From the NCBI GenBank assembly GCA_030688545.1, contig JAUYHT010000002.1:360001-392000 (forward strand): a stretch of DNA of 32,000 nucleotides, given 5' to 3'. The DNA comes from Candidatus Iainarchaeum sp. (GTDB taxonomy: Archaea > Iainarchaeota > Iainarchaeia > Iainarchaeales > VGJJ01). Shown one piece after another: positions 1 through 8,662 of the stretch. Position 1 is the first letter of the stretch, and every line of letters begins with the position of its first letter. The notes below the pieces were generated by a model that saw only the letters and a list, made by a program, of their open reading frames with translations, was not told the DNA's origin and did no database searches. The position numbers were made by a program, and so were the translations under genes.

Positions 1-3000
1 TCCGACTTCATTAGTGATTTTGTAGATGGCCCGCACCTCTCGGGATCCAAAATCCAGGTCCTTGATATAGAGCTGTCCAAACCCATTGGTATACCCTATT
101 TCGTCCCCGTCTATTTCGACTACGACATTGGCGACCGGGTACCCATTTACGTTTTCGGCGCGTATGAGCAAATCCCCTTTCTCTTGAACCGGACAATTAT
201 CCAGATCAAAGTATCCATAGGCGTGATTTCCGCCCAGAAAAATAGGTTTGGTGGTGGGGGAGGACCCATCCGGGCAGGCGGCGGTTAACGTATAAGAACC
301 ATGTTTCTTGTTGATATCATGCTTTCCTTTCCCATCGGTCTTGCCGGATAGACTATTGTTTAGATAAATAGGGGCATTCCGAATGGGGGAATTGGAGTCC
401 ATCACAATCGCGTGGATTGTGCCTGTCCCAACGAGGTTGCATTGGGGGGCGCCTTCCGAGCAACCCGCTTCGCAATATTGGATGCTACAGGTACAGCCAT
501 TTTCAGGGTCGAAGGAACAACTGTTCAAGCGGTAATCGCCGAGGTAACAGGAGTTGTTGTAGAGGCTGCAGTCGTTCACCAATTCCATTTCCCCTAGATC
601 CAGTTCGCCATAGAACAAGAAACACGCATTGTTCTGCGTGTCCGTGAGGGAGATGCGGGCATCGTTGAGAGTGACATTTAAACGGTAGCGATCGGAGGGG
701 GATTGTAGCAGGAAATCGCCGAAGGAATTGGAAGTGGTATTAGTGATGAGGGTATTGTCGGTGCAGGCCCCCAAATCAAAAGGGAGGCCTGGAGATGGAT
801 TTCCTTGAGGGGTAATGGCTTTCCCTTGCACGACCGTGGTTTCGTGGAACTGCCAGATATTTCCTCCCAAAAAACCCGTCCCGAAGGGAGAGCAATCATT
901 GGGGCCGGTGTCAAACAGCATCTCGCCCCAGGGTACCACCAGCTTCATTTTGTAATTGCTGGCACCGGCGGCGAATACGAATTTTCCATCCGCATCGGTT
1001 ACGGCTGAGGTGACGAGTGAATCAGAACAGGTGGTGAGATTGATGGTGTAATTGGACAAGGGATTGGATAATTCATCTATCAGAAAGGCCTCATAGATGA
1101 AACCGTCCTGGCAAATATTTCCTTGGCACGCGTTGTAGAGACAATTGCTGTTTTGGGTACAGCTGCCCCCTGGATTGGTTTTACATGCTGATGGAATGCT
1201 TCCCCCGGGGGTGGAAATGTATTGCTCGTCGGCCAGGATGCTGCAAGATGTTCCAGATTGGCAGGATATGGGACCGTTCACGGTTTTGATGTCCGAATAG
1301 TTGGGACCAAAAGCCCCCAAAACCCAATACTCGCGCTCCGGTTGGGTCTGGGATTCACAATAATTGAATTTGGGGTTGACCACCCAGTAATCATCCCTTG
1401 GTTCATTGGGGGGACTATTAAGGATGGTGTGTTCAGCCCGTAAACCATCCGAATTATCGCAATCGTAATAGGCCTTCACGCGTGCCTCCCGATGGGATGG
1501 GAAGGCCGTATCGACCACGCATCCGGCGCCCGTGCAGATCTGATCGGGGACATCGACGCCGGTTAAGCATCCAAAATAATCATCCAGGATGCATGAATAC
1601 TTTTTTCCGGCGGACACTGAATTGGGGATACTGAATGAGTTGCAGGAGGTGGAAGCGCATCCCGATCCGCCGCAACCGAGCGGGTCATAATAGCAGGCAT
1701 CAAACACCCCGTCGTTGTTGTAGTCATAGCAGAGCATATCGGTGGATTCGCGCAAATTATAGGTAACGGGCCGGACTTTCGTGGAGGTGAAGGCAACTTG
1801 ATCCAAGTTCGTGCTTGTACCATTACTGGTAGCGGCGTCCCAGGTATCATAATTTAGAATGAAAGGGGAGTAGGAGGCGGGGGCCATACAGTGAGATTGG
1901 GTGGGGGTATCGTAGACGCAATAGCGGGATTGACACTGGGAATCCAGCGCACACAAACTTCCATTGGGAAGGCCGGTGGAACATTGATTGTTGATGCAGG
2001 TGTTGGAATTGCACTGGGCATTTTCCGTGCAATAACTCCCATCCGTCCCATAGGTACAAATTTTGTTGCCGGATGTCCCTTTGCAGTCCACCCCCCCATT
2101 GTCGTTCCAACAATCGGGATTGGTTGTGCAGGCATTGTAAAGATTGTTCTTGCAGATGAGGGAGGTGGTGAACGAGGAGGAAGTGTAGGCGAGGTCGGCG
2201 TCGCAAACCTTTCCGGCTGAGCAGGCTTGGGAAACCCCATCATAATTGGTATGCGAATAGGTCCCCGCGCCCCCGCAGGTGTTCGCATAGATGATCTCAT
2301 CCCCATAAGCGGTGGGGGATTGGTCCTGGTTGCAATGGATATAATAATCTGTCCGAGCGCCCCCGCAGACTCCGGATTGACACTGGCTACTATTGCTGCA
2401 GAGCGCGCCATCTGGGAGGAGCGATTCGCCGAAAACTTTGACGTCATCGACGTAGTATCCCGTGTAGGAATGGATAGAATTATCGGTTTCCATAACCAGA
2501 TTCAAATATATCCTGCCTGAAGTGGAAGTAAACGGATATGATTTCTTTTGCCAATCCGAGTAGGTGTTATCGATGGTATCAATGGTTACCCAGGAGGTTC
2601 CATCGGCTGATAAATTTACACTGAGAAAATCATAGCCTGGCTCTACGTTCCCTTTCAGCCAGAATTCAAAAACAGTATTGGAATAGCCGCTTAGGTTGAT
2701 TGGACCGTAAATCATATACGAATATTGATCATCATCGTAATTGTTCACGATGGTGTTTGCCACTTCCCGTTCCAATTTGACATTATCGACATATGCCCCT
2801 TCATATGTTATCGTGGAATCGCTCACGAAGTGGAATCCGTATTTGAATTGGGATGTCAACAAATTGCTTGGAATGGAACAGGATTTGGTAGTCCAACCAG
2901 GGCTACTACCAGAATATTCACATAAAACATACCATGAATTGCCATTATCCGGGGAAGCAATCACAAGAAGTTTGTCATAGCCGCTTTCCGTTTGATACCA

Positions 3001-4389
3001 GGTAGAAAAAGAGACGCGTGCGTTCAACCAGGAGGAAGCGTTGTAGGTCGTGTTCTTCGTGAAGAAAGCGGCCATGTCATTATCATACCTAAAAAGATAT
3101 CCCGTGCTGCTATTCCCTGCCGAATAGGCGGATCCGGGGCTGGAGGAATACTTGTTGGTCGAATAACCCCAAAAGTCGTACCCACTATTGGGGTTGGCGT
3201 CCCAGGTGGACCAACCCGATATGGAACCGTTAAATAAATCGGTGATAACCGTATTCCATTGGATTCCGATGTCAGATGCCCATGCGCTCCATGAACCAAA
3301 ATGCGATTGGGTGGATGTATCGTCCCAGTAATCCAATCCATTCCCCGAATCAGCATCTCCTACCAACCAGTTTCCGGGGAAGGCGCCTTCGAACGTTTCG
3401 TAGAAAATGGTGGTTGAGCTGAATAGAGCGGTGAGAAGATTAGGAGCGTAAAGGGGTAAAGTTGAGGAAGGAGGGAGGAGGCCCCCCTCTTCATCGCCAG
3501 CCGTCTTGGCAGGATCCGAAGAAGGGTTCGCTCCAGTATTCTGTTTGGGAATTATTTGGCCGTCTATCTCGACTATTTTATCCGGATGATCGATGGGAGG
3601 ACCTGTTTGCGGTCCGATGTGGGGGGTTCCGGTGTCGAAGTCGCCAAGATCTTCACTCGTTTTTGGTTTTATCCTATCCAAAAAGGCGGAGATCAACCGG
3701 CGTAATTCAGGAATATCTTCCGGCCGCACTTCAAATTCTTCCGTGAACGTGGCGATGAAAAAATAATCGCACAAGCCCGTTTGGGGCAACCCGACTACGG
3801 AAGGATCAAAACAGACCTCGGCGGCCAACCCCATCATAGGTTCGGTGGGGGTGCCATTGCCTGAAGGAATCTCATTTTGTATTAATTCATCCTCCTTGGA
3901 TGAACCAATTCCCATATCGGGGGGCGGATCGATTGAAATCGGGCGACCGCCGTGGAATTCTTCCGGAATCACCCCCAGAACTGTTTTGGAAGGATCGATG
4001 CGCCCGTCTTCCTTGTATGCGGTGACTAATTCATATTTCATCCCATCCAAGAAATCGAGGTGCAATAGTTTTTTTTCAACCCAATTGTCCGGAGAACCAA
4101 TGGGATTGGCGTAGGTATTGAGGCCGAAGAGGGTGGACAAAAAATGCCCATCGACCCCGACGAACTCAGCCGGAACTTTTACTGCTTCATCTTCCCTTTT
4201 TGGAATTGACACGTTATAGAATGTGAATGACTTGTTCTCACCGGATGCATTCGTAAATATTCCTGAATACCCATCCAGGAGAACGAAATCATCCGCTTGG
4301 ACCTTATCGATCGAGGGCGAGGCGAGAAAAACGCCCAGAAAGGCAATACCCAGGATGAGAAGAATCCCTATGGAATATTTCCATTTCAT
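1..4389 (-). CDS. Giant secreted/surface protein, partial (C-terminus beyond window edge, at least 1463 aa). It has a signal peptide, two MAM/choice-of-anchor-J-like beta-sandwich modules, Cys-rich knots and carboxypeptidase-regulatory/PEGA-like repeats.
   Basis: Hand translation of the minus strand from the ATG at 4389-4387 (MKWKYSIGILLILGIAFLGVFLASPSIDKVQADD...) runs 1463 codons to position 1 with no stop. It is absent from the ORF track because it has no in-window stop. None of the listed minus-strand ORFs in 1-4389 share its frame. Motifs seen: beta-sandwich endings YVDNVKLERE and YYVDDVKVFG; Cys modules LCSNSSQCQSGVC, YCTENAQCNSNTC, LCALDSQCQSRYC, SCTQNSNCLYNAC; repeats such as GTIHAIVMDSNSPIRNAPIYLNNSLSGKTDGKGKH; many N-x-S/T sequons. 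Confidence 0.8.
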   Translation of the reverse strand, partial: MKWKYSIGILLILGIAFLGVFLASPSIDKVQADDFVLLDGYSGIFTNASGENKSFTFYNVSIPKREDEAVKVPAEFVGVDGHFLSTLFGLNTYANPIGSPDNWVEKKLLHLDFLDGMKYELVTAYKEDGRIDPSKTVLGVIPEEFHGGRPISIDPPPDMGIGSSKEDELIQNEIPSGNGTPTEPMMGLAAEVCFDPSVVGLPQTGLCDYFFIATFTEEFEVRPEDIPELRRLISAFLDRIKPKTSEDLGDFDTGTPHIGPQTGPPIDHPDKIVEIDGQIIPKQNTGANPSSDPAKTAGDEEGGLLPPSSTLPLYAPNLLTALFSSTTIFYETFEGAFPGNWLVGDADSGNGLDYWDDTSTQSHFGSWSAWASDIGIQWNTVITDLFNGSISGWSTWDANPNSGYDFWGYSTNKYSSSPGSAYSAGNSSTGYLFRYDNDMAAFFTKNTTYNASSWLNARVSFSTWYQTESGYDKLLVIASPDNGNSWYVLCEYSGSSPGWTTKSCSIPSNLLTSQFKYGFHFVSDSTITYEGAYVDNVKLEREVANTIVNNYDDDQYSYMIYGPINLSGYSNTVFEFWLKGNVEPGYDFLSVNLSADGTSWVTIDTIDNTYSDWQKKSYPFTSTSGRIYLNLVMETDNSIHSYTGYYVDDVKVFGESLLPDGALCSNSSQCQSGVCGGARTDYYIHCNQDQSPTAYGDEIIYANTCGGAGTYSHTNYDGVSQACSAGKVCDADLAYTSSSFTTSLICKNNLYNACTTNPDCWNDNGGVDCKGTSGNKICTYGTDGSYCTENAQCNSNTCINNQCSTGLPNGSLCALDSQCQSRYCVYDTPTQSHCMAPASYSPFILNYDTWDAATSNGTSTNLDQVAFTSTKVRPVTYNLRESTDMLCYDYNNDGVFDACYYDPLGCGGSGCASTSCNSFSIPNSVSAGKKYSCILDDYFGCLTGVDVPDQICTGAGCVVDTAFPSHREARVKAYYDCDNSDGLRAEHTILNSPPNEPRDDYWVVNPKFNYCESQTQPEREYWVLGAFGPNYSDIKTVNGPISCQSGTSCSILADEQYISTPGGSIPSACKTNPGGSCTQNSNCLYNACQGNICQDGFIYEAFLIDELSNPLSNYTINLTTCSDSLVTSAVTDADGKFVFAAGASNYKMKLVVPWGEMLFDTGPNDCSPFGTGFLGGNIWQFHETTVVQGKAITPQGNPSPGLPFDLGACTDNTLITNTTSNSFGDFLLQSPSDRYRLNVTLNDARISLTDTQNNACFLFYGELDLGEMELVNDCSLYNNSCYLGDYRLNSCSFDPENGCTCSIQYCEAGCSEGAPQCNLVGTGTIHAIVMDSNSPIRNAPIYLNNSLSGKTDGKGKHDINKKHGSYTLTAACPDGSSPTTKPIFLGGNHAYGYFDLDNCPVQEKGDLLIRAENVNGYPVANVVVEIDGDEIGYTNGFGQLYIKDLDFGSREVRAIYKITNEVG

Positions 4390-4422
4390 TAAGCCAACCA
4401 GGTTGCCCAAAGGGTTAAATAC

Positions 4423-4914
4423 CTAGGGAAAATTTTTCATCAGAACCACGCGGCTTTTTTCCATTTCTCCCACAACCAGGTCGATGAGGCGGTTGCCAGA
4501 TAGGTTTTCGAGCTGTTTCTCATACGTGAGGGGTTCGCTCACTAATAAGAGTCCTCTGGGGGAAATGAATTTTTGAATATCCAGGTCAGGAAAGCAGTGC
4601 CAGGCATCGAAGCATACGACTAAGTCGAAGCGTTCGGGAGTGTCGAAGGAGGAGGAGAGGATATAGTCAATGCCGTCCTGGCGGGGGGAAATGGCTGACT
4701 CGGAAATATCGACCCCGACGATTCGGGAAAAGGAATGGCCTTTTTCTAGGAAGAAGGATTCCAGCCAGGCTGGGCCGATGCCCAGGTCCAGGAGAGAAGA
4801 AGGAGCATGGGCAGTGAGTTGAGGATGTAAAAAAGGCCAGAAGGCCTCGTATTTGGCCCATTGAATGGGGCGGAAGTGGGATTGGTAATAGGTAGGGGTG
4901 AGGAATGGGGGCAT
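4423..4914 (-). CDS. Small class I SAM-dependent methyltransferase
   Basis: 163-aa ORF starting at ATG 4914. It has SAM-binding motif I (LLDLGIGPAWLE) followed by VGVDIS. It is co-directional with the giant ORF and 33 nt upstream of it. Confidence 0.7.
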   Translation of the reverse strand: MPPFLTPTYYQSHFRPIQWAKYEAFWPFLHPQLTAHAPSSLLDLGIGPAWLESFFLEKGHSFSRIVGVDISESAISPRQDGIDYILSSSFDTPERFDLVVCFDAWHCFPDLDIQKFISPRGLLLVSEPLTYEKQLENLSGNRLIDLVVGEMEKSRVVLMKNFP

Positions 4915-5032
4915 GGCTGAAGGATGGGGAAAAGGGTTTTTTAGGAATTCAAAATGAAAGGTACCCTTTTAACGGGATCCGGGGTGGGTTTCAGGTATCG
5001 ACGAATGGGTGTACGACAAAAGAGGTGTGGGG

Positions 5033-6109
5033 ATGGAACTGGAAGAAAGGATTGACATCATGGCCTATCTCAAGGCCCGCTCGGAGGCCATAGACAGGGA
5101 GATGGAGAAGATCATTCCTCATCAGGCTACTTCGGAGTGGGCGGAAAGAATATTTGGAAAAGCCAGGTATGCGTATGATGTGGAAAGCCTCCAGGGAGCG
5201 TTGAACACCCCTATCTGGGATTTACTGGATCGGGGAGGAAAGCGATGGCGGCCTATTTTATTTCTGCTTTCTCTCGAAGCCGTGGGAGGAGACTCCCAAA
5301 AAAATCATCATTTTTCTGCCATATTTGAAATGGTTCACAACGGAACATTGATGATAGATGATATCCAAGACGATTCCCAACTCCGCCGTGGTAAACCGTG
5401 CACGTACAAAATCTTTGGGGTAGATGTGGCCATTAACGCCGGAAACGCAATGTATTATCTTCCCTATGTCCTTATCCGCGACGCAAAAGATTTTTCTCCT
5501 GAAAAAAAGAATCAACTCTTGGACATTTACATGCAAGAAATGCTTAATATCCATATCGGGCAAGGTATGGATATTATTTGGCATAAAGGACAAAAATATT
5601 CCATTTCAGAAAATGAATACCTACAGATGTGCGCGTACAAAACTGGCACACTAGCCCGTATGGCGGCCAGGATTGGAGCGGCTCTGGGAAATGGAACCGA
5701 GGAACAACAGCACGCGCTCGGAAAATTCTCTGAAACCATTGGGGTAGCCTTCCAAATCCAGGACGACATTTTGAGTTTGGTCGGAGAAGAGTTTGCTAAA
5801 GGAAAGGGAGTAGGGGAAGATATTCATGAAGGAAAAAGGACTTTAATGGTGTTGCACACGTTGAAAAATGGGAGTGAGGATGATAAAAAAAGACTCCTTG
5901 AAATACTGAACGCGCATCCTGAAGACGAAAAAACCATTCGAGAAGCCATATCCATTATCCAGAAATATGGGAGTATCGAATATGCACGGGAGAAAGCCAA
6001 AAGCCTCATGGAGCAATCCTGGAGGGACGTGGAAGCCGTTCTCCCGGAGAGCAATGCTAAAAAACACCTGCGGGCATTCGCTGCATTCTTAATAAACCGG
6101 AAGGTGTGA
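5033..6109 (+). CDS. Geranylgeranyl-diphosphate synthase-like trans-prenyltransferase (type III, eukaryote-like pattern)
   Basis: Both Asp-rich motifs are present (LMIDDIQDDSQLRRGKP and FQIQDDILSL). The segments HNGTLMIDD, GQGMDIIWH and EDIHEGKRT are colinear with type III GGPP synthases as I recall them. ATG 5033 is preceded by GAGGTG; the track start at 5009 is a GTG. Confidence 0.85.
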   Translation: MELEERIDIMAYLKARSEAIDREMEKIIPHQATSEWAERIFGKARYAYDVESLQGALNTPIWDLLDRGGKRWRPILFLLSLEAVGGDSQKNHHFSAIFEMVHNGTLMIDDIQDDSQLRRGKPCTYKIFGVDVAINAGNAMYYLPYVLIRDAKDFSPEKKNQLLDIYMQEMLNIHIGQGMDIIWHKGQKYSISENEYLQMCAYKTGTLARMAARIGAALGNGTEEQQHALGKFSETIGVAFQIQDDILSLVGEEFAKGKGVGEDIHEGKRTLMVLHTLKNGSEDDKKRLLEILNAHPEDEKTIREAISIIQKYGSIEYAREKAKSLMEQSWRDVEAVLPESNAKKHLRAFAAFLINRKV

Positions 6110-6116
6110 CGGGAGC

Positions 6117-7214
6117 ATGGACCTCCACACCGTTATTACCACTCATCGCACCCATATCGATTCGGCTCTGCAGGGATATTTCGAGAAAAAACATTTCGAT
6201 TTGCGCGAAGCGGGAAGCGAGATTGCGGAAGAAAATTACATGGCGATGCGGAATTACATCCTGGGGAAAGGCAAACGGTTGAGGAGCGTGATGGCGCTGG
6301 TGGGGTATGGGGCCTGCGGGGGAAAGGAGGAGGAGAAGATGCTCCTCCCCGCGTTGAGCGTGGAATTCTTCCATAATGCCTCCCTCATCCTGGATGACGT
6401 GATGGATGAAGACAAAGCGCGGAGAGAGATTCCCGCGGCCCACCAGGTCACCGCTAACTGGTTCCGAAAGCGGTTCAAACGTAAAACATATCGCGGGTAC
6501 CTGTTTGCCAATGAGGAATCGCGATTTGCCGTAAGTATGAGTACGATCGGGGCCAATATGCTGTTCTCGCTGGGGGCGCAGACGATATTGGATTCATCAT
6601 TCGAAATGGAGAAGAAAGTGAAAGCCTTGCAAGTATATGAGAAAACTTACCGCCTCGTGAATTTAGGGCAGATGCTGGATATGTATTATGAGCACCAGAA
6701 GAAGGTATCGGCGAAGCAGTATTTGCGCATGGCTTACTTGAAGACCGGGGCCCTATTGGGAGGCGCCCTGAAAATGGGGGGAGTATTAGGAGGAGGAAGC
6801 GACAAGCAGTTGCGCGCGCTCGAGGATTATGCGTTGTACGCGGCGACCACTTTTCAGATTCAGGATGACATATTGGATGTGACCAAAGGAGCCAAAAAGG
6901 GACGGGTGCTGGGAAGCGACCTCCGCAAGGGAAAGACAACTATTTTGGTGCTTGAAGCCAAAGAAATGCTGGATAATGGGGATTGGGGAAAAGTGGAAAA
7001 AGTATTGGGGAATGAAAAAGCCACCAAAGCTCAAGTGAACGCCGCGATAAAAATCCTGCACGAGAAAGGAATCGTTGAGAGTGCCCGGAAGCTGGCCAAA
7101 CAGAACGCCGAAAGGGGAAAAATAGCCCTCCGCCGCGCCCGACCCACTTTCACCAAGGAATACGTGCACATCCTCGAGCAATTCGCGGACTACCTAATGG
7201 AACGAAAGGCGTGA
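6117..7214 (+). CDS. Second polyprenyl synthase paralog, product chain length unassigned
   Basis: Motifs FHNASLILDDVMDEDKARRE (first Asp-rich motif, with RRE where RRG is usual) and FQIQDDILDV (second Asp-rich motif). The ATG is preceded by GGGAG, 7 nt after the upstream stop. A basic insertion of about 24 aa follows the first motif. Confidence 0.8.
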   Translation: MDLHTVITTHRTHIDSALQGYFEKKHFDLREAGSEIAEENYMAMRNYILGKGKRLRSVMALVGYGACGGKEEEKMLLPALSVEFFHNASLILDDVMDEDKARREIPAAHQVTANWFRKRFKRKTYRGYLFANEESRFAVSMSTIGANMLFSLGAQTILDSSFEMEKKVKALQVYEKTYRLVNLGQMLDMYYEHQKKVSAKQYLRMAYLKTGALLGGALKMGGVLGGGSDKQLRALEDYALYAATTFQIQDDILDVTKGAKKGRVLGSDLRKGKTTILVLEAKEMLDNGDWGKVEKVLGNEKATKAQVNAAIKILHEKGIVESARKLAKQNAERGKIALRRARPTFTKEYVHILEQFADYLMERKA

Positions 7215-7262
7215 ATTGGATTCTGAATTAGCCTAAAGGAATTATTATTCTGAACAGATGTC

Positions 7263-7829
7263 TCACACGCTTTCAAGCGACAGCTGCCTTTGTGTCACTT
7301 CTTTGGTGAAGTCGAATTCTTTTAAGGGTTTGAGGAGGAAGGTGCAGTCTCCGGGGTGAAGGGCGCGGCAGTCGGATTCGACGCATTCTACGTTCGAACC
7401 GAAGTATTCGGAGAAGGCCGCGGCGAGGATGGCGCGGTAGTAGTGGTCCACAGGGTTCTTCACGCGCCCCTGAAGATGCTTGGCGAGAGGGGAATGGGAT
7501 ACCACGACCACGGCGCGGTGGTTGGTTTCATCCACCTGGATATTGGTAGGTAATCCCCACCCGGAGGCGGCGAAAAACGTCTCCACGAGATCGAGGAATT
7601 TGGTTTTGGTGGCGCCCACTTTGAACTTGGGAAAAAGGTTCTTCTGGGAGGACTTTTTGAAAGCGTAATAGATGGCCTTGTTGATCGTGGGATCATCGAA
7701 CTCGGAGAAACCGATTAACACTTCGGTGGGGACGATGACGAAGGGAATGTCCAGGACGGTGAAATTGTAGTCCTTGAATTTGAGTTGGGAGGTGAAGATG
7801 AACTTGTCGAAGAAATTATTGAGGATCAT
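7263..7829 (-). CDS. V4R (4-vinyl-reductase-type) small-molecule-binding domain protein
   Basis: The C-terminal pattern ASGWGL...VVVVSHSPLA...YYRAILAAAFSEYFGSNVECVESDCRALHPGDCTFLLKP matches the V4R signature (E..C.A.G..C.F). It overlaps the upstream wHTH gene by ATGA. Confidence 0.65.
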   Translation of the reverse strand: MILNNFFDKFIFTSQLKFKDYNFTVLDIPFVIVPTEVLIGFSEFDDPTINKAIYYAFKKSSQKNLFPKFKVGATKTKFLDLVETFFAASGWGLPTNIQVDETNHRAVVVVSHSPLAKHLQGRVKNPVDHYYRAILAAAFSEYFGSNVECVESDCRALHPGDCTFLLKPLKEFDFTKEVTQRQLSLESV

Positions 7830-8176
7830 CCGGGTTCCCTATCCCGGGGATTTAACATCCCCTGCATGACACGCAGGGCTTCCACTTCAAGCGGCCAGAC
7901 GATGAGCGCGTGGCCCACGCGTTTGGACATGAGTCGTTTTTTGTGGACGAGTTTCTTGATATGGTAAGTAATACGGGAGGAGAAGAGCCGCTTATCCTCC
8001 CGGGTGCGGATGGAATGACCTAAATATTCGGCCACTTCGAGGGAGGAAGTGGGCCAGCGGGCATGGACGATGGTCAAAATTTGATTTTCGATTGGAGAAT
8101 AAGGAGAAATCGTCACGGGCGCCAACAGGATATCGGGCATGCCCGAAACATAACTGGCTAGTGATTTGGATTCCAT
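7826..8176 (-). CDS. Winged-helix DNA-binding protein (ArsR/MarR-like), probable regulator
   Basis: 116-aa ORF. The segment ENQILTIVHARWPTSSLEVAEYLGHS...ITYHIKKLVHKKRLMSKRVGHALIVWP has the helix-turn-helix plus wing layout. Its stop overlaps the V4R start by 4 nt. Confidence 0.55.
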   Translation of the reverse strand: MESKSLASYVSGMPDILLAPVTISPYSPIENQILTIVHARWPTSSLEVAEYLGHSIRTREDKRLFSSRITYHIKKLVHKKRLMSKRVGHALIVWPLEVEALRVMQGMLNPRDREPG

Positions 8177-8197
8177 CTGGGAATGTAAAAATGGGGG

Positions 8198-8207
8198 AGT
8201 ATATTAC
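8198..8207 (-). promoter_or_regulatory. TATA-like box (GTAATATACT on the minus strand) about 27 nt upstream of the wHTH ATG; leaderless geometry
   Basis: An AT-rich octamer is centred about 27 nt upstream of ATG 8176, and no Shine-Dalgarno motif lies between them. Confidence 0.3.
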
Positions 8208-8312
8208 CCTTTCCTTTGGCATGCCCAAAATTGGCCTATTTGGGAGGAATGGGGGATTGGGAAAAAACGTTCCACTGGTTTGAAAACATTGTAGAAGAAT
8301 ATGAAAATTTCG

Positions 8313-8357
8313 AAAAAAAAGAAGACTACAGGGGTTGCGGTGCAACCCCCACTGTAG
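8313..8357 (-). terminator. Hairpin plus T8 terminator after the 9846-8402 gene pair
   Basis: The minus strand reads CTACAGTGGGGGTTGCACCGCAACCCCTGTAG, then TCTTC, then TTTTTTTT. A second GC hairpin (GGCCGCT-CGCT-AGCGGCC on the plus strand, 8369-8386) lies between the stop codon and this hairpin. Confidence 0.5.
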
Positions 8358-8401
8358 CCCTTTGGCCCGGCCGCTCGCTAGCGGCCAATTCAAGCGGGCG
8401 A

Positions 8402-8662
8402 TTAAATATTCGACTCTGAACTTTCCTCTACGGCGGTATCGAGTTCATCCAGATCACGCTGGAGATCTTCGAGTTCCTGGGTGGAGATATCATTGGCTCC
8501 TGTTCCCGTGCCGCTCGTGAAGGAATTCACAACCGTGTTAGGATCACTGGTTGTCAACCCCCCCGTGGGAGGCGTCACCGAATATTCGGGCTGAGCGCAT
8601 CCTGCAAGGAGCAAGCTTCCCACAAGGAAGAGGCCCAATATTCCGATAGTCGTTGGTTTCAT
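8402..8662 (-). CDS. Small secreted lipoprotein (lipobox LLLAGC) with an acidic tail
   Basis: MKPTTIGILGLFLVGSLLLAGCAQ... is a signal peptide with a lipobox. GGAGGTGA lies 8 nt upstream. The start overlaps the upstream stop as TAATG. Confidence 0.55.
   Translation of the reverse strand: MKPTTIGILGLFLVGSLLLAGCAQPEYSVTPPTGGLTTSDPNTVVNSFTSGTGTGANDISTQELEDLQRDLDELDTAVEESSESNI

Noticed and set aside
1854-2447. 197-aa minus-strand ORF, together with the other 60-120-aa ORFs on both strands listed between 11 and 4426
   Set aside because: All of them lie inside the uninterrupted 1463-codon minus-strand frame that ends at 4389, and all are out of frame with it. Their translations are Pro/Gly/Arg/Ser-rich low-complexity sequences typical of off-frame reads.
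5258-7181. Multiple 74-154-aa ORFs within the two prenyl synthase genes: antisense (minus-strand) ORFs plus one out-of-frame same-strand ORF at 5424-5654
   Set aside because: They overlap confidently identified plus-strand genes and have no motifs of their own.
7215-7262. C/D box sRNA in the convergent gap (two CTGA motifs)
   Set aside because: The only C-box-like sequence (GTGAATT) deviates from RUGAUGA and sits only about 5 nt from the first CTGA. The spacing is incompatible with a guide region.
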